Positions 41,601 to 55,238 of a stretch of DNA of 64,000 bases are shown piece by piece. The stretch is from Eledone cirrhosa (taxonomy: Eukaryota): positions 69,874,001 through 69,938,000 of the forward strand of contig OZ024740.1 of assembly GCA_964016885.1 (NCBI GenBank), in the 5' to 3' direction. Positions within the stretch are counted from its first letter, which is position 1. Each line of letters opens with the position of its first letter. Both the position numbers and the translations under genes were made by a program. The notes under the pieces are model-generated. The model did no database searches, was not told the origin of the DNA, and saw only the letters and a list, made by a program, of their open reading frames with translations.

Positions 41601-44600
41601 CAACAGCAATAGCAGCAGCAACAACAACAATAACAATAGTAGTAACAACAGCAGCAACAACAATAACAATAGTAGTAATAACACCAACAGCAGCAACAAC
41701 AATAACAATAGTAGTAACTACAGCAACAGCAGCAGCAGCACTAACAATAGTAGCAACAACAGCAACAACAACAATAACAATAGTAGTAACAACAGCAACA
41801 GCAGCAGCAACAACAATAACAATAGTAGTAACCACAGCAGCAACAACAACAATAATAACAATAGTAGTAACAACAGCAACAACAGCAACAACAATAACAA
41901 TAGTAGTAACAACAGCAACAGCAACAACAACAATAACAATAGTAGTAACAACAGCAACAGCAGCAACAACAATAACAATAGTAGTAACAACAGCAACAGC
42001 AACAACAACAATAACAATAGTAGTAACAACAGCAACAGCAACAACAACAATAACAATAGTAGTAACAACAGCAACAGCAGCAACAACAATAACAATAGTA
42101 GTAACTACAGCAACAGCAGCAGCAGCACTAACAATAGTAGCAACAACAGCAACAACAACAATAACAATAGTAGTAACAACAGCAGCAAGAACAACAACAA
42201 TAACAATAGTAGCAACAACAGCAACAGCAACAACAACAATAACAATAGTAGTAACAACAGCAGCAAGAACAACAACAATAACAATAGTAGTAACAACAGC
42301 AACAGCAGCAACAACAACAATAACAATAGTAGTAACAATAGTAGCAACAACAGCAACAGCAACATTAATAATAGTAGTAACAACAGCAACAACAACAACA
42401 ACAACAATAACAATAGTAGCAACAACAGTAACAACAACAACAATAACAATAGTAGCAACAACGGCAACAGCAGCAGCAACAACAATAACAATAGTAGGAA
42501 CAACAGCAACAGCAGCAACAACAACAATAAAAATAGTAACAACAACAGAAACAGCAGCAACAACAATAACAATAGTAGTAACAACAGCAGCAACAACAAT
42601 AACAATAGTAGCAACAACAGCAACAGCAGCAACAACAATAACAATAGTAGTAACAACAGCAACAGCAACAACAACAATAACAATAGTAGTAACAACAGCA
42701 ACAACAACAATAACAATAGTAGTAACAACAGCAACAGCAACAACAACAATAACAATTGTAGTAACAACAGCAACAGCCTCAACAACAACAATAACAATAG
42801 TAGTAACAACAGCAACAGCAGCAGCAACAACAATTACAATAGTAGTAACTACAGCAACAGCAGCAACAACAGTAAAAATTGTAGTAACAACAGCAACAGC
42901 AGCAACAACAATAACAATAGTAGTAACAACAGCAGCAACAACAATAACAATAGTAGTAACAACAGCCACAGCAGCAACAACAATAACAATAGTAGTAACT
43001 ACAGCAGCAACAACAATAACAACAATAACGATAGTAGTAACAACAGCAACAGCAGCAGCAACAATAACAATAGTAGCATCAACAGCAACAGCAGCAACAA
43101 CAATAACATTAGTAGTAACAACAGCAACAACAACAATATCAATAGTAGTAACAACAGCAACAGCAGCAGCAACAATAACAATAGTAGCATCAACAGCAAC
43201 AGCAGCAACAACAATAACATTAGTAGTAACAACAACAACAGCAACAATAACAATAACAATAGTAGTAACAACAGCAACAGCAACAACAACAATAACAATA
43301 GTAGTAACAACAGCAACAGCAGCAACAACAATAACAATAGTAGTAACAACAGCAGCAACAGCAACAACAACAATAACAATAGTTGTCACAACAGCAACAG
43401 CAGCAACAACAATAACAATAGTAGTAACAACAGCAGCAAGAACAACAACAATAACAATAGTAGTAACAACAGCAACAGCAGCAACAACAATAACAATAGT
43501 AGTAACAACATCAGCAACAACAACAACAACAATAACAATAGTTGTAACAACAGCAACAGCAGCAACAACAATAACAATAGTAGTAACAACAGCAACAACA
43601 ACAACAACAACAATAACAATAGTTGTAACAACAGCAACAGCAGCAACAACAATAACAATAGTAGTAACAACAGCAGCAACAACAACAACAACAATAACAA
43701 TAGTTGTAACAACAGCAACAGCAGCAACAACAATAACAATAGTAGTAACAACAGCAACAGCAGCAACAACAATAACAATAGTAGTAACAACAGCAACAGC
43801 AGTAACAACAATAGTAGTAACAACAGCAACAGCAACAACAACACTAACAATAGAAGTAACAACAGCAACAGCAGCAACAACAATAACAATAGTAGTAACA
43901 ACAGCAACAGCAGCAACAACAATAGTAGTAACAACAGCAACAGCAACAACAACAATAACAATAGTAGTAACAACAGCAACAGCAGCAACAACAATAACAA
44001 TAGTAGTAACAACAGCAACAGCAGCAACAACAATAACAATAGTAGTAACAACAGCAGCAGCAGCAACAACAATAGTAGTAACAACAGCAACAGCAACAAA
44101 AACAATAACAATAGTAGTAACAACAGCAACAGCAGCAACAACAATAACAATAGTAGTAACAACAGCAACAGCAGCAACAACAATAACAATAGTAGTAACA
44201 ACAGCAACAGCAGCAACAACAATAGTAGTAACAACAGCAACAGCAACAACAACAATAACAATAGTAGTAACAACAGCAACAGCAGCAACAACAGTAACAA
44301 TAGTAGTAACAACAGCAACAACAACAACCGCAATAACAATAGTAGTAACAACAGCAACAGCAGCAACAACAATAACAATAGTAGTAACAACAGCAGCAGC
44401 AGCAACAACAATAGTAGTAACAACAGCAACAGCAACAAAAACAATAACAATAGTAGTAACAACAGCAACAGCAGCAACAACAATAACAATAGTAGTAACA
44501 ACAGCAACAGCAGCAAGAACAATAACAATAGTAGTAACAACAGCAACAGCAGCAACAACAATAGTAGTAACAACAGCAACAGCAACAACAACAATAACAA

Positions 44601-44952
44601 TAGTAGTAACAACAGCAACAGCAGCAACAACAATAACAATAGTAGTAACAACAGCAACAACAACAACCACAATAACAATAGTAGTAACAACAGCAACAGC
44701 AACAACAACAATAACAATAGTAGTAACAACAGCAACAGCAGCAACAACAATAACAATAGTAGTAACAACAGCAACAACAACAACCACAATAACAATAGTA
44801 GTAACAACAGCAACAGCAGCAACAACAATAACAATAGTAGTAACAACAGCAACAGCAGCAACAACAATAACAATAGTAGTAACAACAGCAACAACAACAA
44901 CGACAATAACAATAGTAACAACGGTGCTAAAAATAGCAACCACAACAACATA
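23632..44952. repeat. ~21 kb triplet-built satellite; variable 24-39 bp monomer such as AACAACAGCAACAGCAGCAACAACAATAACAATAGTAGT, with higher-order duplications
   Basis: Visible. Diagnostic variants recur, e.g. 28240-29238 matches 35714-36712, and 29670-29888 matches 30515-30733 and 37144-37362. Confidence 0.97.
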
Positions 44953-45067
44953 ACTATAAGCCACCACAAAAATAATGCATGAGCAACTCCAGAAAATCAA
45001 ATATTTGTCAAAACTAAATCAATTTTATTAATATTTCATGCAATAGTGTTATTGAAGATGTCCGCCA

Positions 45068-45365
45068 TGGTGATGATGGCAGTGGTGGTGATAATGCTGA
45101 GGCGGTTAATATCGATTACCCATGGTGATGACGATGATAATGATGAGATGATGATGATGGTGATGATGATGGTGATGGTGATGATGATGATGATAATGGT
45201 GGTGGTGATGATGATGGTGATGTTAATGATAATGGTGGTGGTGATGATGATGGTGATAATGATGATGATGGTGGTAGTGGTGATAATGATGATGATGATG
45301 ATGATGATGGTTATGATGGTGATGATGATGATCATGATGATGAATGATGATCATGATGGTGGTGG

Positions 45366-45414
<49 letters not shown>

Positions 45415-45776
45415 GATGATGGTGATGTTGATGATGAATATGGTGGTGGTGATGATGATGATGGATGATAATGATGATGATGGTGAAAATGATTTTGCAT
45501 GGATGACAGTGAAATATAAATGATGAAAGATGATGAAAATGGTGATGATGATGATGATAAAGATTATGATGATGATGATGATGATGATGATGATGGTGCT
45601 GGTGGTGGTGCTGGTGATGATGATGACAACGATGACGTCTATGATGATGATGATGATGATGATAAAGATTATGATGATGATGATGATGATGATGGTGATG
45701 GTGGTGGTGGAGATAGTGGTTGTGATGGTGACAACGATGACATCTATAATGATGATGATGATGATAATGAAGATCA
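45068..45776. repeat. Degenerate (GAT/GGT)n microsatellite
   Basis: Visible; internal ~105 bp duplication marked by GATAAAGATTATGAT twice. Confidence 0.95.
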
Positions 45777-46219
45777 TGTGTTTCAAAACTCAAGTGGGGA
45801 TTGTTTATTACTTTGTTTTATTTATTTATTTTTTGTTTTGTTTTTTTCTTTTATTTGCTTTTATTGTTTTTGTTTTCTGTTGAGTTAATTTAAATTAGAC
45901 AAACAAATTATTTTCAAAAAATTTGATAAATGAAGATTGATCGCTTATTTTGTTTGGTAATTATTGGAAGAAAATACATATGTATTTCTTGCCGTTCTTC
46001 CTGTTATGGTGCTGATGTTGTTGTTGCTGTTGATAATGATGATTGTGGTGGTGGTGGTGGTGGTGGTTTTCTTCCTGTATCATTTGTTTCTTGTTGCTTG
46101 TGCCGCTGGTGTTATTTTCAGTAATATAGTTCCTGTTGTTGCTGCTCTTGTTTAACCCTAGGCCGCGGCTTGTTTGAGTAAATTTAGATTAAGATTATTC
46201 ATATAGAAAATTATATATA

Positions 46220-46440
46220 TAAACAAGATGGCGTAGGACAGAACAAAGGAGAGCCACAGAGTAAGAAATCAGTCACTGAGAAGTTTACAGAATGTGTAAC
46301 AAAAGAGCAAGAGCTTTGGCAATATAAACAACCATCAGGTTATTTAACCAACCAACCAGAAATTTATAATAAATTGAAGTGAAAACCAACAGGTGCATGT
46401 GTTTTTATTGGCAGCATTGGCTCCCAAAGTATAACAATTG
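46220..46440 (+). mobile_element. Diverged solo pseudo-LTR of the Penelope-like family, with decayed hammerhead
   Basis: AAGATGGCGTAGGACAGAA, AGTCACTGA and ACCAACCAGAAATTTATAA..CCCAAAGTATAACAAT match 59826-60097. Confidence 0.75.
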
Positions 46441-46484
46441 ATATATATATATAATTTTGATTGACATATATATATATCAAATAA

Positions 46485-46803
46485 CAGACCAAGCATAGAT
46501 GAGTTGAAAAAGAAACTTAGCATAAGAGGGATAAGTTGTGGTGTGCAGGAGAGAAGACTAAGATGGTATGGACATGTGATGGGCATGGAGGATGACCGCT
46601 GGGTAAAGAAGGGCCAAGAAATCCCAGTAGAAGGAAGACGCAGTAAAGGAAGACCACGAAAAACATGGGCAGAGGTGGTGAGAGCAGACCTCAGAGGAGA
46701 TGACGAAGGACCGTGACAAATAGAGAGATGCTGTGCTGAATAGGACCCGTCCCACCCTTGCAAGCAGGGAAAAGCGGACGTAAAATGATGATGATGATGA
46801 TGA
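46485..46803 (+). mobile_element. 3' end of an RTE-clade LINE
   Basis: RRLRWYGHVMGM..VEGRRSKGRPRKTW..DL, then 3' UTR and (GAT)n tail. Confidence 0.85.
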
Positions 46804-46956
46804 CAGACATGCATAAAGTAACCTATCAAACTTTAACAGGAGATAATCTATAAAAAAATGTGTATCCCTCTATAGCTATCAAATGCGTTTCTTCTACAGA
46901 GGATAGGGCACATGTTTGAGGTTTTCTCAAAAATGGCATTTATATTTTTGAATGTA

Positions 46957-47071
<115 letters not shown>

Positions 47072-47808
47072 GCGAGGTTTTTGATATGAAAACGTGTGTC
47101 AAAACAAATATTGTTATACTTGGGGAGGGTCATATTGTTGTAATAATATTGCCATAATTAATAACAGATCACACTCACTGTTTGATTGGTTTTCGCTTCT
47201 GTATCTTTTATATCAGTTAATTTATTCTGTCCTCAATGTTTACCATTGCCTGATCAACGGTCAAAAATACAGGTATAATATAGACACAAACACATATATA
47301 TAGTCTAATAAAGTTCTTTCGTTGCACATCTGCAAATATATCTGAAAATAAGCAAACTATTCGGGTTTTTTATTTTTCATTCTGAGCAGATGACAACCTC
47401 CCAGAGAGAAAATAAATAATTGTTTGGACCCTTATCTCAATAACATCAATTGGCGCATTCTTCGTCAAAGGTCTACATTGAAGTACCTTATTAAATTCTA
47501 TGATAAATATTCAACAAAATCAAATAAACTTATCTCTTGGACAGTTTCCATTTTATAATAATCCAGACCGACTGTAATTATTTCTTTAGTACTTGGTTAC
47601 GCTGGCCGGCCTTATGATAATGTCACCTACCGGACTCATCCTGTTGAAGTAGTACAGAATCTAATTCTGAAGTAAATATCATTTGTTCCAACTAGGTGGA
47701 GATGACTTCTCTCAGAGACAATATTATGTCGTATGTACAAGAACATCAAGCCCTTGCTAAGTTTTTGTTAGTGCCTCGACTGGTAAACACGTCACAATAT
47801 TTATAAAG

Positions 47809-47995
47809 TGGGCGGGGGATTGGCAGTATCAGAATAATTTCGGACGCCATGCTTTGCAGCATAGATTTACACCCCTTTGTGGTTTGAGTTCAAATCCCGC
47901 TGAGGTTAACTTTGCTTTTCATCCTTACGGGGTCGATAAAATAAAGTACCAGTAATGTACGAGGATAATTGCTGACCTTGTGCCAAAGTAGAAAC
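47809..47995 (+). mobile_element. Main-family SINE (short variant)
   Basis: A and B boxes plus core; 15-bp TSD ACAATATTTATAAAG at 47794 and 47994. Confidence 0.9.
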
Positions 47996-48915
47996 AATAT
48001 TTATAAAGATGTCTTAGTTACACCCTGAATACTAGATATCAAATGCAAATGAATCAACCACGAGGGAAGTTTATAAATAATGTGTGAATTTGTCTATATA
48101 AAGAGAGTGAGTAGTAAAATCGTATTTTATAAGTTTCCTCCCGGGTAACACTGGGTAAGCCATTTAGTTTGCACTTAGATATGGTGTAGTTATAAATGTT
48201 GTTTTGTCGTTTTTTGTAAGGTTACACAAGCGACCGCAATTTTTTAATGCCTTACTATTGACTATGTTAACTATGTTACTAATGCTGCGAGTGCCACAGT
48301 CGTCGTTGCCATTATTGTTGCTATCTAGGTTTCTTTTGTATCCTTTACTGTCTGTTTTAATTATTGACTGCAGTAAGTGCAATAAAGTTAACTTGAATGC
48401 CTCTTCATTGCCGTTACTATCTTTTAGAAATATCAGTCAAATCACCCTGAAATAATACACTATCTGAAAACGGTTTAGCAACAGGAAAAGAATTTCGTTG
48501 CAAAACACTGCTTCAAAAAGAGAACCGTTTTCAGTACAATTAATTAAAAAATTCAGTCGTGGAACCCACTTGGCGAACTCTCATTTCAGTACGAAAAATG
48601 ACCTTAAAACATTCCTTATATGTTGTTTACAATGTGAATGGTAAAAGTAAGGAAACTTTGTTTAGTGCTTATTAGATGTATTTGTATTTTTTAATTGTAT
48701 TCATGCTGTATTGCCAAACTATATTTTAATATTTAATTTAATCATATATGAACTTCGACCTTCATCCTCTTAAAGTGGGGCTGGGGCTACAAACAAACAC
48801 ACGATTACAAAAGAATACTTATTGATCTGTGGGAAATTTATCATTACTGCTGTTTGCTCTATCCCCATATTTGCTAAAGTAAATATATACATATATGGGA
48901 CCGTGCATAGGTATA

Positions 48916-48956
<41 letters not shown>

Positions 48957-49232
48957 ATATTGATATTTATATACGCAAAGAATGCACACAAACACACACG
49001 CACATATATATATTATATAAATACATTACATACATACATACTTAGAAACATGCAAACATATATATAAAAGCTTAGCGTTTGTTTCGATCTGTATTATTCC
49101 CCGAACACGTTTTATAATCATGTATTTATTGCGACCTTTAACTTTGAAAAGGATTGGGGTTAAAAGATTAGATATTGAGGAAAACAAACGTTCGTACAAT
49201 TACTATTTACAGAGAGAGAAGACAGCTCCAAT

Positions 49233-49303
<71 letters not shown>

Positions 49304-49514
49304 CTGCATGCATGTGTGTGTACGTGAATATGTGTGTGTGTGCGTGAGTGTGTATGTATATTTGTTTACCTATTTGTATATATATATATATATGAAAGCA
49401 CAAGTGAAGCCATTTTTTCTTCCCCCCTGTCTTAATATACCTAACTGTACCAAGGATTACACACATTTTCCAATATATATATATGTATATGCATAATACA
49501 TACACACGCACACG

Positions 49515-49574
<60 letters not shown>

Positions 49575-49808
49575 TATATATACATATATAATATGTATAT
49601 ATTGCCTGACTAAATATAGTTATTATTTGAACGATATATTTTATTGTACAATGGATGATGCGGGGAAACATCATGACGAAGCTTCTGTTGAAAATTGATG
49701 ATGAGAATTGTTGGAGAGGGTCATACCAACGATAGGATGATACTCATTATTAATGGATTATAGACGCTTTTAGTGGTGGTGGTGGTGGTGGTGATGATGA
49801 TGATGAGT

Positions 49809-49995
49809 GTTTCTACTTTTGGCATAAGGCCAGCAATTATCCCAGTGCATTACTGGTGCTTTATTTTATTGATCCCGTAAGGATGAAAGGCAAAGTTGAC
49901 CTCAGCAGAATTTGAACTCAGAACGCAAAGGACCATAACTCTATGATGCAAAGCATGGTGTTTGGCGCTCTACCGATACTGCCAATCTCACCGCC
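49809..49995 (-). mobile_element. Main-family SINE (short variant)
   Basis: Reverse-complement A/B boxes and core. Confidence 0.85.
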
Positions 49996-50104
49996 TTGAT
50001 GATAATGACAATGATGATATTAATAATAATTTCTATCTTGACCACAAGGTCTAACACATAAGGGGTGATATAAGGCACGGAACACTGGGGTTTTACCAAA
50101 AGAA

Positions 50105-51600
50105 ATCGAGTAAATACATTAGATAACAATAAACAACAAAATACATAACAAAAAAGATTCCCCAATGGGGGGAATACCACCCAGGGGTGACACTGGCGCC
50201 ACATCAATTCTAAACCACTCTACTCTCTGAGAAAAGGCCAGTAGAGCGCCCTTTTCCTCAGCAATCTCACCAGCCTAGAGGCGCATGCTCTAGTTGGCCC
50301 ATTAAGTCAGGCCATCTTTGCTACATTCATGCAGCGATTAACAAATGAACTGGAAGGGGGCAACTCCCACTCCACTCTCGTCTTCTTTTCTAAGTGGAAC
50401 TTAAGATATTTGATGAAGGCTTAGCCTAAGAGGAAAGTTTCTGTCCAGCACATAACCTATTTCACCAGAGGAAAACTGCCTGCCCTTCCCGGTCAAAAGA
50501 AGGTGGCGTAGTGTTCTTCACGATTGACTCGGTCGATCACCGATTCCGTCCTCATCATGGTAGTAGCTTTTCAACAAAACGGAACAGACAATAATGCACG
50601 GACACTAGACTTGTGCTTGCGGAACGGTTTCGTCGCTCTGACTGCACTTCCGTGCCTGTAGAGTTTATCTCGAAACGGAAGACCCCCCCCCCTCCCACAC
50701 ACACACACTCCGGTACCAGTATCAAGAAAGGGATTACTAGTCGTCTGGTTGAACGTTCTACGGGACAGACTGGTCAATTCGATTTCGTTGACGCCCTGAG
50801 CCACTCCGAGGACATCGTCGAGCCTGCTTCTAGTCCTCTATAGAGGTTTAGGGTGGAATTTCCACTGACCACATTGTTCGACTTGTAGGGGGTAGTTAGC
50901 AGCTGGAAGCATTCCAGTCGTCGGGTTTGCTTGATCCACCACTGCAGCTCAGTCAGAAAGACGCACTGCGGAAACACTTTTCTGACAAACGGCGATCACG
51001 ACTGTTCAGTTTATGAATATCTGGATATTCCAGAATCTCAGCGAATATTTGCGCACCATCAACGATGGCATACCTAGCACCCAGCGTAGAGGGTGTTGAT
51101 AGCTGATGGACCGTCTCACGAATAAAGCATGTCCTTCCACATGAAGCTGAAGAGTAAAGGCTCCAATCTGGCGAGGCGCGGACAAGTCAAGGCACGACAG
51201 TGAAGGGGTAATAAATGACGGACGCGATATACGAGTTCGCTACCTCCACCCGACTTTGCAGTGATAGCTTTCTTTTGTCCCACTTCTGTGTGAGAGCGGC
51301 CACCATGCTTGTTACCTCGGGTCAGGTCTTATCCATCTGGAGGTAAGTACCAAATCAGACACCGAGAAACTTCCATTCTCACGACGCTGTTGAATGACAT
51401 TGATTTGCTTCTCCAGGGGCCGAGCTTCAGGCTCACTAACATTCCCGAGTTGAACTTTGCTCCCGTTAACCTTTCATATTCCTCTAAACAGTTGCCGACC
51501 ACCTCGATTTCCGATGTCACGGTGATGTCGTTCGTGTATGCCAATGCAGCATTTCCACGTCCGGTTCGACTGGGATGCCCTGCAACAGTTCTAACCTCTT
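50105..51600 (-). mobile_element. Decayed L1/Tx1-like LINE 3' fragment
   Basis: ALAYTNDITV..LEEYERLTGAKFN..SLKLGPWR resembles the YADD region of L1/Tx1 RTs; local GC rise; T-rich 3' end on the minus strand. Confidence 0.7.
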
Positions 51601-53010
51601 TAGTAATTGCTCGAGTGGGCAACTCTACAAGTCAAAGCCCAAGTGGGCAACTCTACAAGTCAAAGTATAATTTTAAACGGGTGTTTAAGAAAAAATGTAG
51701 TTATTACTAGTATAAAAACATAATATTCTACTAGTTGTTTTATTGCAGAGGAGAAAAATAGACGTTTTTTAAGGTACTGTGTGCATAGATCAAAACACAA
51801 CACTATCTTAAATTCAGACTTCTCAAATAATCGTGTGGCTTTAAGACTGGTGGGTCAAAGAGTTTTATAAAACGAGACAATCCGAAAAGACATATTGCTG
51901 TGTGCTAATTAATATTAGAGTGTTTGAGATCTGCATCCACGACCATCCTGAAGAGGCTTCCGATGAAACCTATATCTGAGTATGGCTTGGATGATCCTCT
52001 ACAATGCATAATAAAACGGAGATGGCAACATATCCACGAGAGCCGAAGAAAGATTATTAATAATAAATAAATAAATAAAAGTCTGATAGAAAATAGTAAA
52101 CAAGCCAAAGAGAAATAAAAGAGGCAAAGGAGAGGCTACCCCACGAGAACAATCAGCTTTACGACGGTTCGGAAGCCAAGCAATGTCTTACTCGACTCGA
52201 TGTTAAAAAACTAGAAGAAAATAAACCAATGAATATATTAATAGCACTTGTAAAGAACTAGTAATTAGTAGGTAATAATTGTCGAATATATAAGAATTCT
52301 AGATAGAAGACAATCAAATTTTAATTACATTTCGTTTGTGTGTAAATTGTTTGTGTATTTCATTTTATTTATTTATTCATTCATTTTTACAAAAGAGGTT
52401 ATATTTGGTCAGAAATATCTGCCAAAACTTCCCGGTTGAATATCACACATTAACGAATACAGACATCGATTTTACAACTAATGGCACGTCTTACATTGGT
52501 TTTCCTTCAACATTTAATTAAAACATATGAAGAAGCACTTCCGCTTTCTCTGCTTAATTGACGAGAAACAAATATCCAAAAATGCAAAACAAACCAACTA
52601 AAAAGAGAAAGAAAAAATGATAATAACAACAATGGAAAAAACTGCATTGTGACAATTCAATTCGCCATTTCCTTTTCCACATTGAAGAATAATTGTATCG
52701 GCCATTTCTTTGTTTATGATATTAAATTTGTGAATAAGATTTTTTGGTCGTTGTTCACCATATTCCTGTTTGCCACTTTCCAATTATCTACCAAATACAA
52801 GAGAAATTAAGCATTAATTCACTTACCAGAATTTCCTCGAACTCGTCAAGAACTGTATATATATATCCAAAATTAAAATTAAGGGTTGTCATGTCTGATA
52901 GACATGCGCCATATCCACTGTAGAATAAGCTCAAAGATTAGATCCGAGCATTACATATCAACTAGAAATAGATTGACATATATATATATAAAATAAACAT
53001 ATGAAACAAT

Positions 53011-53063
<53 letters not shown>

Positions 53064-53118
53064 GAGCGAGTAGGACCCCGACGGCTGAGCTCAAGCCGTT
53101 TCGACCGCTAATTCTGGA

Positions 53119-53359
<241 letters not shown>

Positions 53360-53987
53360 GTTCCAATCGGAAACCATGTTTATTCCCTTTCAGAAACTAA
53401 TTAGTTGGAGTGAAATTTTAGTAAGTAAGTAAATTTTTATAATTTTCTTGTTTTACGTCTTTCATATAATTGTTCTGCATCCCCTTGCATTGAACCACAA
53501 AGTTACTAAGCCAAAACCTATATATTTGCTAGCATAGGTATACATCTGTATATATATGTTGGTAGATATACAAATTCTTTATAATTATCTCCAAATTATT
53601 TTGTTGAGCAAAAATTTGCCAAAACTACTGGTATGCTTCATAGTAATAGCCAGGCTACTGTCTTATTGGCACCCTCACTCCTCACTGATTGACCTCGATG
53701 TCACGTGATTGATTCTTTTGAATTCGCCACTGACTAAATAGGCAGTGATTTTTCAATGTCCTGGAATCTAGTCCTCGCTTGCTTTTTTCCATCCACTGAA
53801 TTATTTTCGGATAACTTCCATGTGTCCACGCTTTGCCTGGGAACTTAGCTGAGAACAGATCTCCCTGATGACGAAAGGACATTTCTCCATGTTGTTCCAA
53901 TCGGAAATCATGTTTATTCCCTTTCAGAAACTAATTAGTTGGAGTGAAATTTTAGTAAGTAAATTTTTATAATTTTCTTATTTTACG

Positions 53988-53988
<1 letters not shown>
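53360..53988 (+). mobile_element. Non-coding ~533-bp unit with ~95-bp terminal direct repeat, inserted in (TA)n
   Basis: GTTCCAATCGGAAA..TTTTACGT at 53360 and 53893; diverged inverted relative at 54445-54770. Confidence 0.65.
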
Positions 53989-54426
<438 letters not shown>

Positions 54427-54444
54427 AGAGAGAGAGAGACAGAA

Positions 54445-54770
54445 TTAGTATATTTACGAACATATGCGTACAGATGTACACTAATGCTAGCAAATACACA
54501 AGTTATGTCATAGTACCTAGGTGGTTCAATGCAGGAGGATGCAGAACAATTATATGAAAGACGTAAAATAAGAAAATTTTAAAAATTAAAAATTAACTTA
54601 CTTACTAAAATTTTCACTCCAACTAATTAGTTTCTGTAATGGGATAAAGATAGTTACGTAATGTAACTGTCGAGAATTCATTACGTCATCAGGGACTCTA
54701 TTCTCAGCTAAGTCTCCAGGCAATGCGCGGACACTAGGGACTCATATAAAAATAATAATAATTCGGTGGA
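54445..54770 (-). mobile_element. Diverged inverted copy of the 53360-53988 family, in a different permutation
   Basis: Reverse complement contains CTTAGCTGAGAA..CCCTGATGACG..CAGAAACTAATTAGTTGGAGTGAAA..TTGTTCTGCATCC. Confidence 0.65.
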
Positions 54771-54776
54771 TATATG

Positions 54777-54845
<69 letters not shown>

Positions 54846-54993
54846 ATACTTTGGGAGGGTCATGTTGCCAATAAGAAACACAGGTACCAGTTGCTTTCAC
54901 TTCAATTTATTATAATAAATTTATAATAAATTTATAAATTTATAAATTTCTGGTTGGTTGGTTGGTTCCACAACCAGATAGTTGTTTATATAT

Positions 54994-55038
54994 TGTCATA
55001 GTTCTTTCGTCACACACTTTGTGACCTCTTCAGTGACT
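54994..55038 (-). ncRNA. Minimal type I hammerhead ribozyme motif (family A)
   Basis: Reverse complement GUCA-CUGAAGA-G-GUCAC/GUGAC-GAAAG-aa-CUA-UGAC. Confidence 0.75.
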
Positions 55039-55238
55039 GGGGATTCCTTACTTTGTTTTTGTGCCTCTCCTTTGTTCTGTCCTACGCCATTTTGTTTCTG
55101 TGTGTGTGTTGTGTGCTCAGTCTGCGCATGCGCCACATCCGGGTGTCTGTGTGTGTTTATGTTCATTTGTTTATTTGTTTATTTACATGTTACTGGTTGG
55201 TTGTTTGTTCTATGTGTGTGTGTGTTTTCATTTTGTCC

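Noticed and set aside
23632-44952. CRISPR-like array (constant anchor plus variable part)
   Set aside because: The variable parts are AAC/AGC strings rather than unique spacers; the context is eukaryotic and there are no cas genes.
23585-45000. Giant poly-L, poly-N/S, T/A/I/V and C/Y ORFs as real genes
   Set aside because: Stop-free frames follow automatically from the A-R-Y triplet composition. Phase slips occur, and there is no unique domain or supported exon structure.
45036-45888. Poly-D/M/H/I ORFs
   Set aside because: Translations of the (GAT/GGT)n microsatellite.
48464-48533. 12-bp inverted repeat CTGAAAACGGTT/AACCGTTTTCAG
   Set aside because: Single short instance with no TSD or second copy; cannot be supported as a MITE or RNA structure.
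51612-51665. 28-bp tandem duplication at the L1/Tx1 fragment boundary (also a 15-bp one at ~16352)
   Set aside because: Ordinary slippage or junction duplication with no further structure.
51945-51980. CTGAAGAG...GAAAC hammerhead-like spacing (also a weak one at ~63362)
   Set aside because: Helices I and II do not pair convincingly.
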